A stretch of DNA of 64,000 nt. It comes from Octopus vulgaris. Taxonomy: Eukaryota. This document shows, in pieces, positions 24,701 through 37,197 of this stretch. The stretch spans positions 134,850,001 through 134,914,000 of the forward strand of contig OX597814.1 in the NCBI GenBank assembly GCA_951406725.2. Direction: 5' to 3'. A program made the translations under genes and the position numbers. The stretch's first letter is position 1, and every line of letters begins with the position of its first letter. The notes beneath the pieces are model-generated. The model searched no databases. It was not told the origin of the DNA and saw nothing but the letters and a program-made list of their open reading frames with translations.

Positions 24701-27700
24701 ATGCTGTGGAGAGGGGAGATGTGCTCATGTTTATTTAATTCATTGGAGTTTTTATTGTAAGATATTTTAATCAACTTCCTAATTTGAGTTTTGACAAAAT
24801 GGCATAGATTATCATAAGTATCTCAGAATCTTGTCATAAGTATCAAAGCAGGTTGCAAACTATGCAGCCAAGGTTGTACTTATGACCTTCACATCACTAA
24901 ATTTTGTTGACTGAATATGCATTTTGGCTTTTTTTAAATTTTTATACTGTATATGACATTTCATTCGGAAGTCACAGGTGAAGTTTCTCAAGAATAAGGT
25001 TAATATATACTTGGACAGTTGGTGCTTGATGGTAATACATGAAGGGAAATAGAGGGCCAATAATTTTACAGGGAATCGGTAACAAATGCAAGCAGATTAC
25101 ATCTAGCAAGTATAAAGGATATATGCAAGGAAGATGACATAATTTAATGTTTGCCTTCCATGCTAGCATGGATAGATAGTTTGATGAGTTGAAGGACTAC
25201 AGTGTACTCCAGTGTCTGCTTTGGCATGCTTTCAATGGCTGGGATGCCCTTCCTAATGACCACTGTACAGGCTGCACTTTTCACAACACTAGAAATAGTA
25301 AGGTTGCCAAGCCCTTTCAACTGATGTGTAATTTTTTTTTCAAGTTTCACTTTGAAGCATGAGAAGGTTGTAACAATTTAATTTTGCTGTTTCTTTTGTA
25401 GAAAGACTTCTTTCAATTAAAGGAGTTGGAAAAGCTCTGCCAGAAGGAAAAAGGAATTACTTCAATGTCTGTGAAAGAAATTCTAACAAGCCTTGTTGAT
25501 GATGGAATGGTAGACACTGAAAAAATTGGAACTTCTGTCTATTTTTGGGCATTTCCTAGCAAAGCAAGTCAAACAGTGAGGATTTTAAAAAATTTTCTAT
25601 TATTATTGTTGTTTTATGGAATGGGTTGTAGAGATTGAGTATGGTCCTTTACATTTTAAGTTCAAATTCTACTGAGATCAAATTTGCATTTCATACATCT
25701 AGGACTGATACCCCTACAATTTCTCCTGCATAACCTGGTTTAAGCAACTCTGCTCTAAACAATCTTCAAATTTCCACCACAGCAAAGATGGCTTGATATC
25801 TCACAGAAAATCTTAATTATTTTTTATTCATTGATGTCACTATAAAGTACCAATTAATGAGTCTGATTTGTATTAGTTCAATTCTTTTATTGAATTCTTT
25901 TTATATAGGTACTCAATTAATGATCATACCAAGTTCATCTACCTAGTTCTGCTACCATGTCAAACTTCTACTTTTAGCCTCATTATATTGCCTAGATTAC
26001 AATACTACAAGCATGTGAAATGATTCACAACAAAATAAAAAAAGGAAGATATTTGTATTGTGAGAATTCCTATTGTCATGTGATCCAGCTTGATGTTCAC
26101 ATGAGCCAGATTATTTACAGAGGCCAGAAGTCTGACATGGGAGAACTAGGCAAAGGGATCTGCACAGCATTAATTTAACTCTTGCCAAACACTCATAATG
26201 TCTTCCTCTTTGAGACAGTAGGATGTGACTTAAAATAATTTGGTTGCTATTTCTACTAAATCTAACAACCATTTAACTCGTTCATTAATTTTGTTGGTGT
26301 ACTCGGATTTTTGCTTAGATTGGGTGTCTTATTGAGTCTGTATAGTCAGTTGTGTATTTGTAGTTTTCTCAGACTCTGCAGACATCTGTTACTTTAAGTA
26401 TTATTAAGTCATGCTAGACAATACGCTTAGCAGCACTTTGTTCAACTTTACTTTTCGTATTAGAACTGACATGAAAGTAAAATGTCTGTTGTTTGACAAC
26501 TGCCTTCTTCAGTACTATCTCATTTGTGTGACAGCAATCAAACATAAGCTAATTATTAGATGTGCATTATTAAATGTAACTTGTGAGTAGTAGAATCAGT
26601 AGAATGTCACCTGATTACACATTCTGATGGAATAAATTTTGTTGTTCATTCTTCTTAGTAAAATAAGTATTGAGTTTCATTTGATACTATTTACTATTTT
26701 ACTTGTTTCAGTCATTTGACTGCGGCCATGCTGGAGCACCACCTTTAGTCGAGCAAATCGACCCCGGGACTTATTCTTTGTAAGCCCAGTACTTATTCTA
26801 TCGGTCTCTTTTGCCGAACCGCTAAGTGACGGGGACGTAAACACACCAGCATCGGTTGTCAAGCAATGCTAGACACAGACACACAACCACACACATACAG
26901 ATATATATATATATACATATATATGACAGGCTTCTTTCAGTTTCCGTCTACCAAATCCACTCACAAGGCATTGGTTGGCCCGGGGCTATAGCAGAAGACA
27001 CTTGCCCAAGATGCCACGCTGTAGGACTGAACCCGGAACCATGTGGTTGGTTTAGCAAGCTACTTACCACACAGTATTGAGTTTCATTTGATAGACTATA
27101 TTCCTCACTAAATTTGTAACCTTGTACAAATGTTAAAAAGCCAGGGTTGGATGCTTGTTTAGAAGCAAATAAGGGACATTTAACCTTGAGTTCTCCGGGG
27201 GGGGGGCATCTAACCTTGAGTCACAAAAATTTACTTTACTCTTTTTTCCTCTAACAACCATACAAAAATTAACATAAAACAAAAAAAATAATAAGTACAG
27301 CTGTTATAAGTTATTAGACTGTTGACCACAATGAGTTCAGACCTTTGTACAACAATAGGTAATTAATATTTATTAATTAGGACACCACTAAAGAGCTTGT
27401 CTTTTATTGTGCCTAAGAAACAAGCCAGCAATTTTCTCTGAGTTTATCAAATTTGTATATATCATTCCTACTGTCCTAGAATATTAGGATGGAAAGTTCT
27501 AACATTCATACTTTTCCCAAAAACATTAATGGCATATTTCTTGTTAGACAAAAGTTTTGATAGGAAACTGCATGCATTGAAATATAATTAAATACTCACA
27601 CTGATATTTTTATTCAATTCATTATTCAAACCAATCAATACAAACATTAAGAATAGATATTCACAAAATCATCCTCAAGCATTTAACTGCTGTCAAATTA

Positions 27701-30700
27701 TGTTCTCCTGTGTCTTCAGCTATTATGTCTATTGTCCTTTCCTCTGAAGTTAGATTATATCAAGATGAGTGGTGGTGGTGGTGGGGGGGGGGGGGTCGAC
27801 CTTTACAAAACAACCACTCATAATATTTCAATTTCACTTTCTCCTTTTCCAGTTCATTGGGTGGTTGATTTAATCTGTCACTTTTGTTACCATATTTCTA
27901 TTGAAATATGCTGCTTTTATTTCAATTAATTTTGAAAATAATGACAAATTTAGTAAAATAACATTGTTATACCATGTATTTAGAAGATATATTAACATGA
28001 AATTTTGATAAAATGTTTTTATCTAAATCACTTTAAAACAGGTAGTGTGTATCAGATTTCTTGTTTAAGGATTATTTCTTCTTTTCCTCCCACCAGTTTT
28101 AGAGGCACTAAAAATGGTCATAGCTACTGTCTTTCATCTTCTAAGTCACATAAAAAGAAATTACTTGCTTCATTCTTTTTCAGAACAGTATTCTTACCTA
28201 AAGGGTATTAAATGTAGCAGCAGTATGAGCTTGCTATCAATAATGTAGTTTATTAACCACATGGTCATACATTCCTAAGTATTTAAAGACACTTAGACAA
28301 CTTTATCTGATGAAATAACAATATCTGCCTTTTATTTCAGATGAAAAAGAAGATCAATGATTTGAATAAAAAAACTGAAGACACTCTCAACAGAAAAGCA
28401 CAACTGGAGAAACTAGTGACTGAATCAAAAACAAAGAGAGAAGATAATGTAATATAATTTTGACGTTTGTGTTGATATTTATTGTTAATATTTTTAGGCA
28501 AGTTTATTGTTTTACATGATTTTTTTTAATGCAAGCAAAGATGTTTTTCTAATTTGATTTCTTTTTCAAATTTAGGAATTTATATAATTTTTGGAGCAAT
28601 TGTTTTTACAGTATGAATGTATTTCTACCTGCTAATTATTCAGCTATGCATTAGAAGTAAATCCTATTGTCATTCACACAGGCTGAGTAAACAGAGATAC
28701 ATACCTTACCTCAGGTACTATGATATGGTTTGAATATCGTGTATTAAATACAGTAGCAAATTACAGTCTCACAACCTATAGTTCTTTAACTATACACAAT
28801 CACTATTCATCTTGTACATTAAACATTGATTTCTTAGAGAAGTATAAAGCCTGAGATTTTTAAGGTAACAGAAATTTTATTATACTTTCTATAAGAGCAT
28901 CCTTTATTATTTAGTAAAGTAATAATGTGCATCTCTGTACATCATCATTGTTTAACGTTAGACAGTTTGACAGGAGCTGGCCAGACAGAAGACTGCACAT
29001 TACTTCTGTGTCTGTTTTGGCATGGTTTTTACAGCTGAATGCTCTTCTTAACACCAACCATCCGGCAGAGTGCTTTTTACATGGCACCAGCACAGGCAAG
29101 GTCAGTTTTGGCATGGTTTTTACAGCTTGATGCCCTTCCAGATGCCAACGACTTAACAGTGTGGACTGGGTGCTTTTTTAAATGGCACCAGCACTGGCCT
29201 TAATAGGAAAGTACAACATACCTGATTAATTTACATAGCAGAATTGCTAATTAAACCATTTCATAGAATACAAACTCAGTCTTATACAATAACTTTAACC
29301 TTCATTGTGCATCTCATAGCCTTGTATTTGTGAGTCTTCAAAAAATCATCATCATCGTTTAACATCTGCTTTCCATACTAGCATGGGTTGGACGATTTGA
29401 CTGAGGACTGGTGAACCAGATAGCTGCACCAGGCTCCAATCTGATCTGGCAGAGTTTCTACAGCTGGATGCTCTTCTAATGCCAACCACTCCGAGAGTGT
29501 AGTGGGTGCTTTTATGTGTCACCGACACAGGGGACAGTTAGGTGATACTGGCAACGTCCACACTCAAATGGTGTTTTTTTACATGCCACCTGCACAGGAG
29601 CCAGTCCAGCGGCACTGGCAATGACCTCACTCAAATGTTTTTTTATGTGCCAGTAAGGCAACACTGGGAACGATCACGCACGAATGGTGCTTTTTACATG
29701 CCACCAGCACGGAAGCTAGTCAGGTGCTCTGGCAACAATCACGCTCGGATGGTATTCTTAGTGCTCCACTAGCATATATGCCAGTCATCAAATTTGATTT
29801 CGATTTCGCTTGCCTCAACAGGTCTTTGCAAGCAGAGTTTAGTATTCAATGAAGGAAAGGTACGCATAAGTGGGCTGGTTACACTCTTGGCATAGGCCAC
29901 GAGGTTATGGTCTCACTTGGCTTGCCAGGTCTACTCAAGCACAGCATATTTCCAAAGGTCCCAGTCACTAGTCATTGCCTCAGTGAGGCCTAGTGTTCGA
30001 AGGTCATGCTTCACCACCTCATCCCAAGTCTTCCTGGGTCTACCTCTTCCACAGGTTCCCTCAACCGCTAGGGTATGGTACTTTTTCACATAGCTATCCT
30101 CATCCATTCTCGCCACATGGCCATACCAGCGCAGTTGTCTTTCTTGCACGCCACATCTAATGCTTCTTAGGTCCAACTTTTCTCTCTAGGTACTTACACT
30201 CTGTCAACTATGCACACTAACATTACACATCCATCAGAGCATACTGGCTTCATTCCTTGTGAGCTTATGCATGTCCTCAGCAGTCACGGCCCATGTTTCA
30301 CTGCCATGTAGCATGGCTGTTCGTACACATGCGTCATACAGTCTACCTTTTACTGTGAGCAAGAGGCCCTTTGTCACCAGCAGAGGTAAAAGCTCTCTGA
30401 ACTTTGTCCAGGCTATTCTTATTCTAGTAGCTACATTTTCAGTGCACCCTCCCCTGCTACTGACTTGGTCACTTAGGTAACGGAAGCTATCAACTACTTG
30501 TAGTTTTTCTCCCTGGAATGTGACAGAAGCTGTTCTCTGCACATTTTCAGTGTTTATAGCACCTGAGCACCTGCCACATACAAAAGCTATCTTCCCAGTT
30601 AGCCTTCCTTTGATATTGCTGCACCTCTTATTTGTCCATAGCTTACACTGGGTACATTTTTATAGAGTTTCTGCCGACACCTTTTCTACAGATTGAGCAG

Positions 30701-32299
30701 GGCCATCTACCTGAAGGGATTTGTGGTTTGTCTGTTTTCATACTTATTAGGACTTTGGTTTTAGCTAGGTTGACCTTAAGGCACTTCGATTCTAATCCTT
30801 GTTTCCACACCTGAAACTTCTCTAGTTCTGATAGTGAATCAGCATAGAGGAGCTCCCAGGGGCATCCTGTCTTGAATTCCTCTGTTATTGCCTGGAGGAC
30901 TGAACCTTGGTGGACCCCTACCTCTACCTGGAATTCTTCACTGTACTCGTTACCAACCCTCACCTTACTGACAGCATCCCTGTACATGGCTTGCACATCT
31001 ATGTCGTTAATTTGAATACAACCATTAATTTCTATTGTGATATTGATTTAAGGCTATTTTTGTTTTAATGTGAACATCTAGGTGGTTCATAACAATAACA
31101 TCATCATTTAATGTCCACTTTCCATGCTGGCATGGGTTAGATGGCTTGGCTGGAACTGATAAGTTGAAGAGCTGCACCAGGTTCCAGTCTGAACTTGGCT
31201 TGATTTCCACAGTCAGATGCCCTTCCTAATGCCAACCACTTCAAGAGTGAGTGAGTGCCTTTTATGTGTCACTGACATAGGTGCTTTTACGTGTCATCAG
31301 CATGGGTGCTTTTACGTCTCTCTGCCACGGGTGCTGTTTTGTATTGCCAACATGAGTGCTTTTATGTATCACCAGCACAGACCACTACAATGATTTAATG
31401 TGGCTTGACAAGTTTTCTCAAGCACAGAAAAACTAAATATTTTTTTTAAATATTGCAAATTAAAATATGAAAAATATTTTCTTTCTCTCTCTTTCTCTCA
31501 GAAAGAACGTGACAATATTCTAAAAGAGCTGGAAAAAAAGAAAGAGGAAAACAAGCAGCTGATATCAGAAGTTGAATGCTACCAAGAATGTGATCCTGAT
31601 GTCATTGAAGGGGTAAAGAATCAGGTCGTATTGGCTAAAGAAACAATTAACAGGTGGACAGGTAAGAAATACAATGATACAATTTGTTTAAGTAAGTAAA
31701 ATTATATTTACAATAGAGTATATGTATATCAACATCATCATCTTAACATCTATGTTACCATGTTGCATAGTTCTGACAAGTTGAGTCACAGTTTTCTATG
31801 GCCAGATGCCCTTCTTGATGCCAAGCCCTGCTTATTTCCATACAAGGTAATAATCTCCTAGTCTATGACAAATAGCTTGGGCATGGTTACACAGAAAATT
31901 GGAAACAAATGACTCTGGTTAAACAAGCCTTTTTTGTTTACTATGTTCATGCAATGTGTCTAGAAGCCTAGGTATGCTTTCATGGTGGGCTGCAAGCAAA
32001 TGACATTGTTTGCTTACAAGGCCATTGTTTACAACCAGTAAACACAGATTAACGCACTAAGAAATATGAACATGCACAGATACAAATATATATATATATA
32101 TTCATATGTACATGCATAGGAGTCTCTGAAAGTGAAAATACTTACATACACATTGTGTGTGTGTTTGTTTTTATTTAATACTTTTTTTTTTCCAGACAAT
32201 ATATTTTCAACAAAATCTTGGATTAAAAGAAAGTTTGCATTTGAAGAACGCATTATTGACAAACAGTTTGGCATTCCAGAAGATTTTGATTATATTTAA
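18748..32299 (+). CDS. MND1: Meiotic nuclear division protein 1 (HOP2 partner), 204 aa
   Basis: Exons 18748-18750, 24129-24194, 25402-25575, 28341-28448, 31502-31661 and 32196-32299 total 615 nt. Translation [91 protein letters not shown] matches Mnd1 end to end. Confidence 0.96.
19040..20000. repeat. Unclassified CpG-rich repeat in MND1 intron 1
   Basis: Internal direct repeat AAATTG(G/C)CAAAAATCGGCATT (about 19368 and 19617), homopolymer runs, CCTAAG/CCTAAC hexamers at about 19695-19718. Confidence 0.45.
20155..20742 (+). mobile_element. RTE-LINE 3' end with (GAT)n tail
   Basis: [19 protein letters not shown]-terminus, GGCACGTAAAAAGC internal repeats, ATGATGATG tail; reverse of 29346-30000. 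Confidence 0.85.
20763..21127 (-). mobile_element. tRNA-derived SINE (family A)
   Basis: Reverse complement of the 17092 copy. Confidence 0.85.
21555..21798 (+). mobile_element. RTE-LINE 3' end
   Basis: GAAGGGCATC..CAGCATGGAAAACAGACGTTAAATG..GATGA tail. Confidence 0.7.
21803..22420 (-). mobile_element. RTE-LINE 3' fragment
   Basis: [31 protein letters not shown] plus 3'UTR. Confidence 0.75.
22607..22865. mobile_element. hAT (Charlie-like) MITE
   Basis: TIRs CAGTGGTTCCCAA / TTGAGAACTACTT; 8-bp TSD GGTTATGC (22599-22606) versus GGTTACGC (22866-22873). Confidence 0.8.
24129..24194 (+). CDS. MND1: MND1 exon 2
   Basis: [22 protein letters not shown]; TAG/GTAATG. Confidence 0.93.
25402..25575 (+). 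CDS. MND1: MND1 exon 3
   Basis: [18 protein letters not shown]...[12 protein letters not shown]; TAG/GTGAG. Confidence 0.95.
26687..27072 (-). mobile_element. tRNA-derived SINE (family A) with 21-bp TSD
   Basis: AGTATTGAGTTTCATTTGATA at 26666-26686 and 27073-27093 flank a CpG-rich copy. Confidence 0.9.
28341..28448 (+). CDS. MND1: MND1 exon 4
   Basis: [11 protein letters not shown]...KTKREDN coiled coil; TTTCAG/GTAAT. Confidence 0.9.
29346..30998 (-). mobile_element. 5'-truncated RTE-clade LINE (RT C-terminus + 3'UTR)
   Basis: [68 protein letters not shown]; frameshifted; (GAT)n tail. Confidence 0.92.
31040..31430 (-). mobile_element. RTE-LINE 3'UTR fragment
   Basis: Same 3' terminal motifs as the 29346 copy. 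Similar short relics occur at about 225-410, 23390-23665, 25140-25320, 28940-29200 and 40480-40700. Confidence 0.65.
31502..31661 (+). CDS. MND1: MND1 exon 5
   Basis: [11 protein letters not shown]...CDPDVIE...INRWT; CAG/GTAAG. Confidence 0.95.
32196..32299 (+). CDS. MND1: MND1 exon 6 (last)
   Basis: [34 protein letters not shown]; AATAAA at 32345-32350. Confidence 0.95.
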
Positions 32300-32675
32300 T
32301 AAGAAATTGCTTTATTTAATTTTTCTGATTATTTGGTTTTGATTAATAAAATATATTTTTTTCAAATATACCTTTGCATTGTTCCAATTTTTTTAATATA
32401 ATAAGATTCTGCGAATACCAGACTTAGCAGAGATAGAAAATTGTTTTATTAGTATGAGATCTTATTGGATACCTCGGTAGGTCCCATCATATTCAGCTTG
32501 TAACTGAGGTTATTATGTCTTTAAGACTCGAGTTAATAAATATCATGGCATGCTTTACTAACTGTATCTCTAATTCAGGCATGATTATCATTATTCCATT
32601 ATTGATTTACATGTTTTTTTGTTTGTTTTTTTGCAATGAATTTTGTCCTGGTTTACAAAAAATTTCTTCTCCATA

Positions 32676-33040
32676 GGTGCAGGCATGGCTGTGTAGTAAG
32701 AAGCTTGCTTCCCAACCATTTCAAGTTCAGTCTCACTGCATGGCACCTTCAGCAAGTGTCTTCTACTATAGCTGTGGGTTGACCAAAGCCTTGAGTGGAT
32801 TTGATAGACAGAAGCTGAAAGAAGCCTGTCGTGTGTGTGTATCTTCGTTTGTCCCCCACCACCACTTGACAACTGGTGTTGGTGTGTTTACTTCCCTGTA
32901 ACTTACTGGTTCAGCAAAAGAACCCATAGAATAAGTACTAGGCTTAAGAAAAAAAATGGGATTGATTTGTTCAACTAAAATTCTTTAAGGTAGTACCCCA
33001 GCATGGCTGCAATCAAATGATTGAACCAAGTAAAAGATAA
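32676..33040 (+). mobile_element. tRNA-derived SINE (family A)
   Basis: Homologous to the 7520 and 17092 copies. Confidence 0.8.
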
Positions 33041-33856
33041 GATTTGTTCTTAGCCTTTGTTATGTCCACAAGAATTGCCTCCCTTTTTTTTTTTTTTTTT
33101 TTCTTTAACAGTTCATAGCTTTTATCTCCTGTGGGCTTAGTCTTTTATTTCACTCTACAAGTGTTATGCATCCTAATCAACATTTGCTCAAAAAGACTCA
33201 TACTCTAGAGCAGAAGTATTAAGGCCGCTGCCCCTGGTGAAGAGGTTTGGCCTGCAAGAGTTCTATACAGGTGCCACATAAAAAGAACCCAGCACATATT
33301 GTAAAATGGTCAGCATTGGGAAGAACATCCAGCCATAGAAACCATGTCAAATCAGACTGGAACCTGGTGAAGCTCTCTGGTTTGCCAGCTCTGGTCAAAC
33401 TGTCCAACTTATGCCAGCATCAAAAACATATGGTAAATGATGATAATATGCTACTGATTAAAATACTTGCCATTATCTTTTGTCCAATTCATATATGTGT
33501 AAGAAATGGCTATTATTAATATACCTTATAAATCTGTGCTCTATACATTCATATCATTGTTATGTCTACCATATTATCTGGTCATGCTGAACACACAGAC
33601 CAAATTATCATATATCCATATTATATCAGGTAGGTTTAAATTTCCGTCACACTATTTTCTTCTGTAGTTTTGGTTTGGGTTGACCCATAGCTTTACGACT
33701 CAAATTTGGTAGATGAAAACGCTACAGAAACCCATCATGTGTATTTGAGTGTCTTTGACAGCACTGCCAGTTAAAGAAGTGTTGCATCAAAAAAGCTAAT
33801 TAGAAATCAATAAAATAAGAAATAAGTAACGGAGTCAATTGATCAATTAAGAGCAC

Positions 33857-34073
33857 TTAATCCTTTCAATACCAACCCGCCTGAGACTGCCCCAGGTTCT
33901 ATGACATAAACTTACTGTTTTAATGTATCTAAATTATCGAAATTTTATGCTAATTTGTTCCAGACCTCAGCTTAATAATGAGAAAGTTATTTTACTATAC
34001 TGTCAATTATTTCAAAAGTTAATTGGAACAAAGGTAGTATATGCTGATAGAAATATGGTAACAAAAGGGTTAA
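33857..34073. mobile_element. piggyBac-type MITE with TTAA ends
   Basis: TTAA-TCCTTTCAATACCA...TGGTAACAAAAGGG-TTAA; a related partial reverse copy lies at about 27875-28030. Confidence 0.75.
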
Positions 34074-36583
34074 ATATGACAATCCAATGACAGACAGGTG
34101 GAAAACAATAACCAGTATATTACCATGCCTTAATGTAGTCAGTAAGCAGATGACAATGACATTTCTGGTTATCAGACACAAATATTTACATTTTAAAAAA
34201 AATATCTTGTTAATTGAAAGTTCAGTAAGCTAGAAAAAGTTAAATATCACAAACAATAATGTATATTGATAACTTTCTTAAAGGGAGTTTATTAAAAATA
34301 TTTAAACTCATTCTTACAACATAAACTTCTGCTGCTGAGTATTATAGAAAGCTAGATAAATTATATGGCTGTTTAGAAAAGATGTGTCATTCATAAAAAA
34401 AGCGACAAAGAAAAGATATAACATTCATATATCTCAAGCATTTATACAGTTCATGGATTTGATTTACAAAGTAATTATTGACATTCACTTTGCCACCACA
34501 TAATTCCAGATTTGATCATGCTACACAACACTTTGGGCAAGTGGCTTCTACTATAGCCTTGGTTTGATCAATACTTTGAAAGTGTAATTTGAATGATGGG
34601 AATCATAGAGAACCCTTCATATAAGAATATGTTCATTTGCACCGGTCTAAAAACTTATGTTGCACCCCTCTATGTCTTGAACTCAGCAGTTCAACAAATG
34701 CATAATGATAAAATAAATACTTGAAGGCAGTACCCCAGCATGGCTGTAGTCTTACAACTAAAACCAGTAATAGAATATCACTATTTTGAAGATTAATAAA
34801 GTTAATAAATTAGGAAATAACAGATATTATTGATTATAGAATGTCATGTTTTACTCATTGTAAAAATATTTCCTCATCTAACTATATACAAGAAAAACCA
34901 TATGCAGTGATTATACAAATGTATAGTATGAGTTTTATAGATTTTATTTTCTTAGGTGCATGAAATTATATTTATTGTTGTACTTTAAAAAAAATCAAGT
35001 GCATGTATATTATGTTTTTTGCATTCAATCATGTTAGATGCATATACCATTAGAATTGCTATGTAAAGGTGGTCTCAAATTTTTCTTTTTAATTGTTTGA
35101 AACCAAGAAGAAAAGCATAAATTCAGATTGACATTAAACATGATTAAACCAAGAAAATTGTTAGTGGATACTAACTCTACAGTACAATGGATTAACAATC
35201 AAAGCAACCTGTCATGGCTCAGACTCAAAGAGCAGTGAGTTTGATGACTTAATGATTACTAGTGAATAGTTATATTGAGAACAGAATAAAGAACTGCTGT
35301 GAAATGTGAATTGATGGCAACCAGCTTAGATGCAAGAAGTCAGAACAAGGGTGATCAGAACTTACTTGAACTAAAATTACCAAACATGTAATATTTGTGT
35401 GTTGTCAAAAAAGTTCAGAAACCCAGCATAAGAGGTTTTGTTCTAGTATGTAATATGAATTTATCATGTTGTACATAATACATCATCCTTCTCAAAACAA
35501 TAATTAAACCAAAAATAGTCTAAATATTTGAGTGTGATTTCTGATAATAGGAGGTACAGATAAACTATTGATCCAAAGAAAATATGTTCATATTAACATT
35601 AGTTTGAATTTTCAGGCAACTGTGCTAAACATACAAGAAATAGTAGCCAAATCTCCCTCATCACACCCTACTTTTAGAAAGGCGAGATATAATGAAGTCC
35701 TAAATATACTGTCTGAAAAGAAAAAAATAGGATGCTCACAGCCAAAACTCCTTTGATCATTGGTTTGTTCAGTTAGATCTGACATAGGACTAGATAATAA
35801 CCAGAAGTCTATCTAGTAGTAAAATAAATAAACCTTCTGAGAATTAGGATGACCAATGGATGGAAAAGCATATCAGATTTGTTAAAAAAACAAAGATATG
35901 AAGTATTTGCCTCATCTATGACACATCAGCAGTTTTAGCTCAAAATTTTCAGTTTGCAATAGACAAACCAAAAACTGCTTTTCCATTATCAATGAATCTT
36001 CAACTAGTATTTGATCTGTATTGCCTCCTACTTCTCTAACATAGAATATAGTTAATAAAAGCAGTCTGAAGATACTTAGCTTTTGTATATATGTATAATG
36101 TCATCTTGTATCTTCACTGATCTGATATATATAAAATAATTATGATTTAGACCAAGTAGCCACTGAAGTAAGAGTATATATTAGGATTAATAATTGTTAA
36201 CAAGGCTCAAGGTTGATAATACTTTGGCTCATATTTTATTTAGAACTCATTTATTCTTCTGAGATGAATAAAACAATTACTTAGACCAATTAGAAAATAG
36301 AGACTGGATGTTAGATGCAGCAATTCAGAGGTTCATCAATGCACTTCCAATCATACTAGAACTAGCATCCTATTCACAAGTTAAAGTACCCTCACCAACT
36401 TAAAGCTAGAGAAACAAGTATATTATCTCTTGATCCAGATTATAAAACAAATGTTTAAATGAAGATGAAATAAATGGTTTTGATAAAAACAAATTGAGAA
36501 CTTAAATATTTTTATCTTAGTCTTTGTGTATAAGCAGAGTGAATGGTTTCTATATTTCTGTACACTTACGAAAGGAGATAAGT

Positions 36584-37197
36584 TTATCTATCTGATAATA
36601 TACCAGAATTGAGCTTATCAGCTGTGATAGAGTTCAGTATAGATGTGTGAGAAAATGTTGGTGTTTGAGATGAAGACGAAGTTACTATTTGTTGCTGATT
36701 AGAATGTTTGGAACTATTCTGATTTTGATCAGTCAGTAATATTTGAAAAAAGTCATTGTCTTGTGACTGAGATTTGATCATCTGCTTACCAACTTGAGCA
36801 GAATAATCCTGCTGAGCAAGTTGATTTGGTACTGAATCAGGCAGTTGAAAGTTACTCTCATTACAGGGAAGTTCACTGCTGGCAGTTTTCAGTAGTTGAA
36901 GTCCTTGGTTAGGTCGATAACTAAACTTTGCAGCCAGTTCCCATTTGTGTACATTACGTGTGTGTTGATTGCGTTTGTCAGAACGTGTGAATGCACGTTG
37001 ACAATATTCACACACATATGGTTTTTCACCTGTGTGTGTGCGAATATGTATGTTCAGCTTATCTGAATCTGCAAATCCTTTGTTACAATATGCACATTTA
37101 TAGGGTCGTTCACCAGTGTGAGATCTCATATGAATAGTCCGTTTGTTGGATTTTGAAAATGTACGATCACAATAATCACATTTATAGGGTTTTATAC
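36584..37197 (-). CDS. Zinc-finger gene last coding exon (fingers 6-8)
   Basis: GIKPYKCDYC..HMRSHTGERPYKC..HIRTHTGEKPYVC..HTRNVH..LSDR*. Confidence 0.93.

Noticed and set aside
27768-27795. G-rich run as a functional G-quadruplex
   Set aside because: Simple (GGT)n/poly-G tract in a decayed repeat, with no supporting context.
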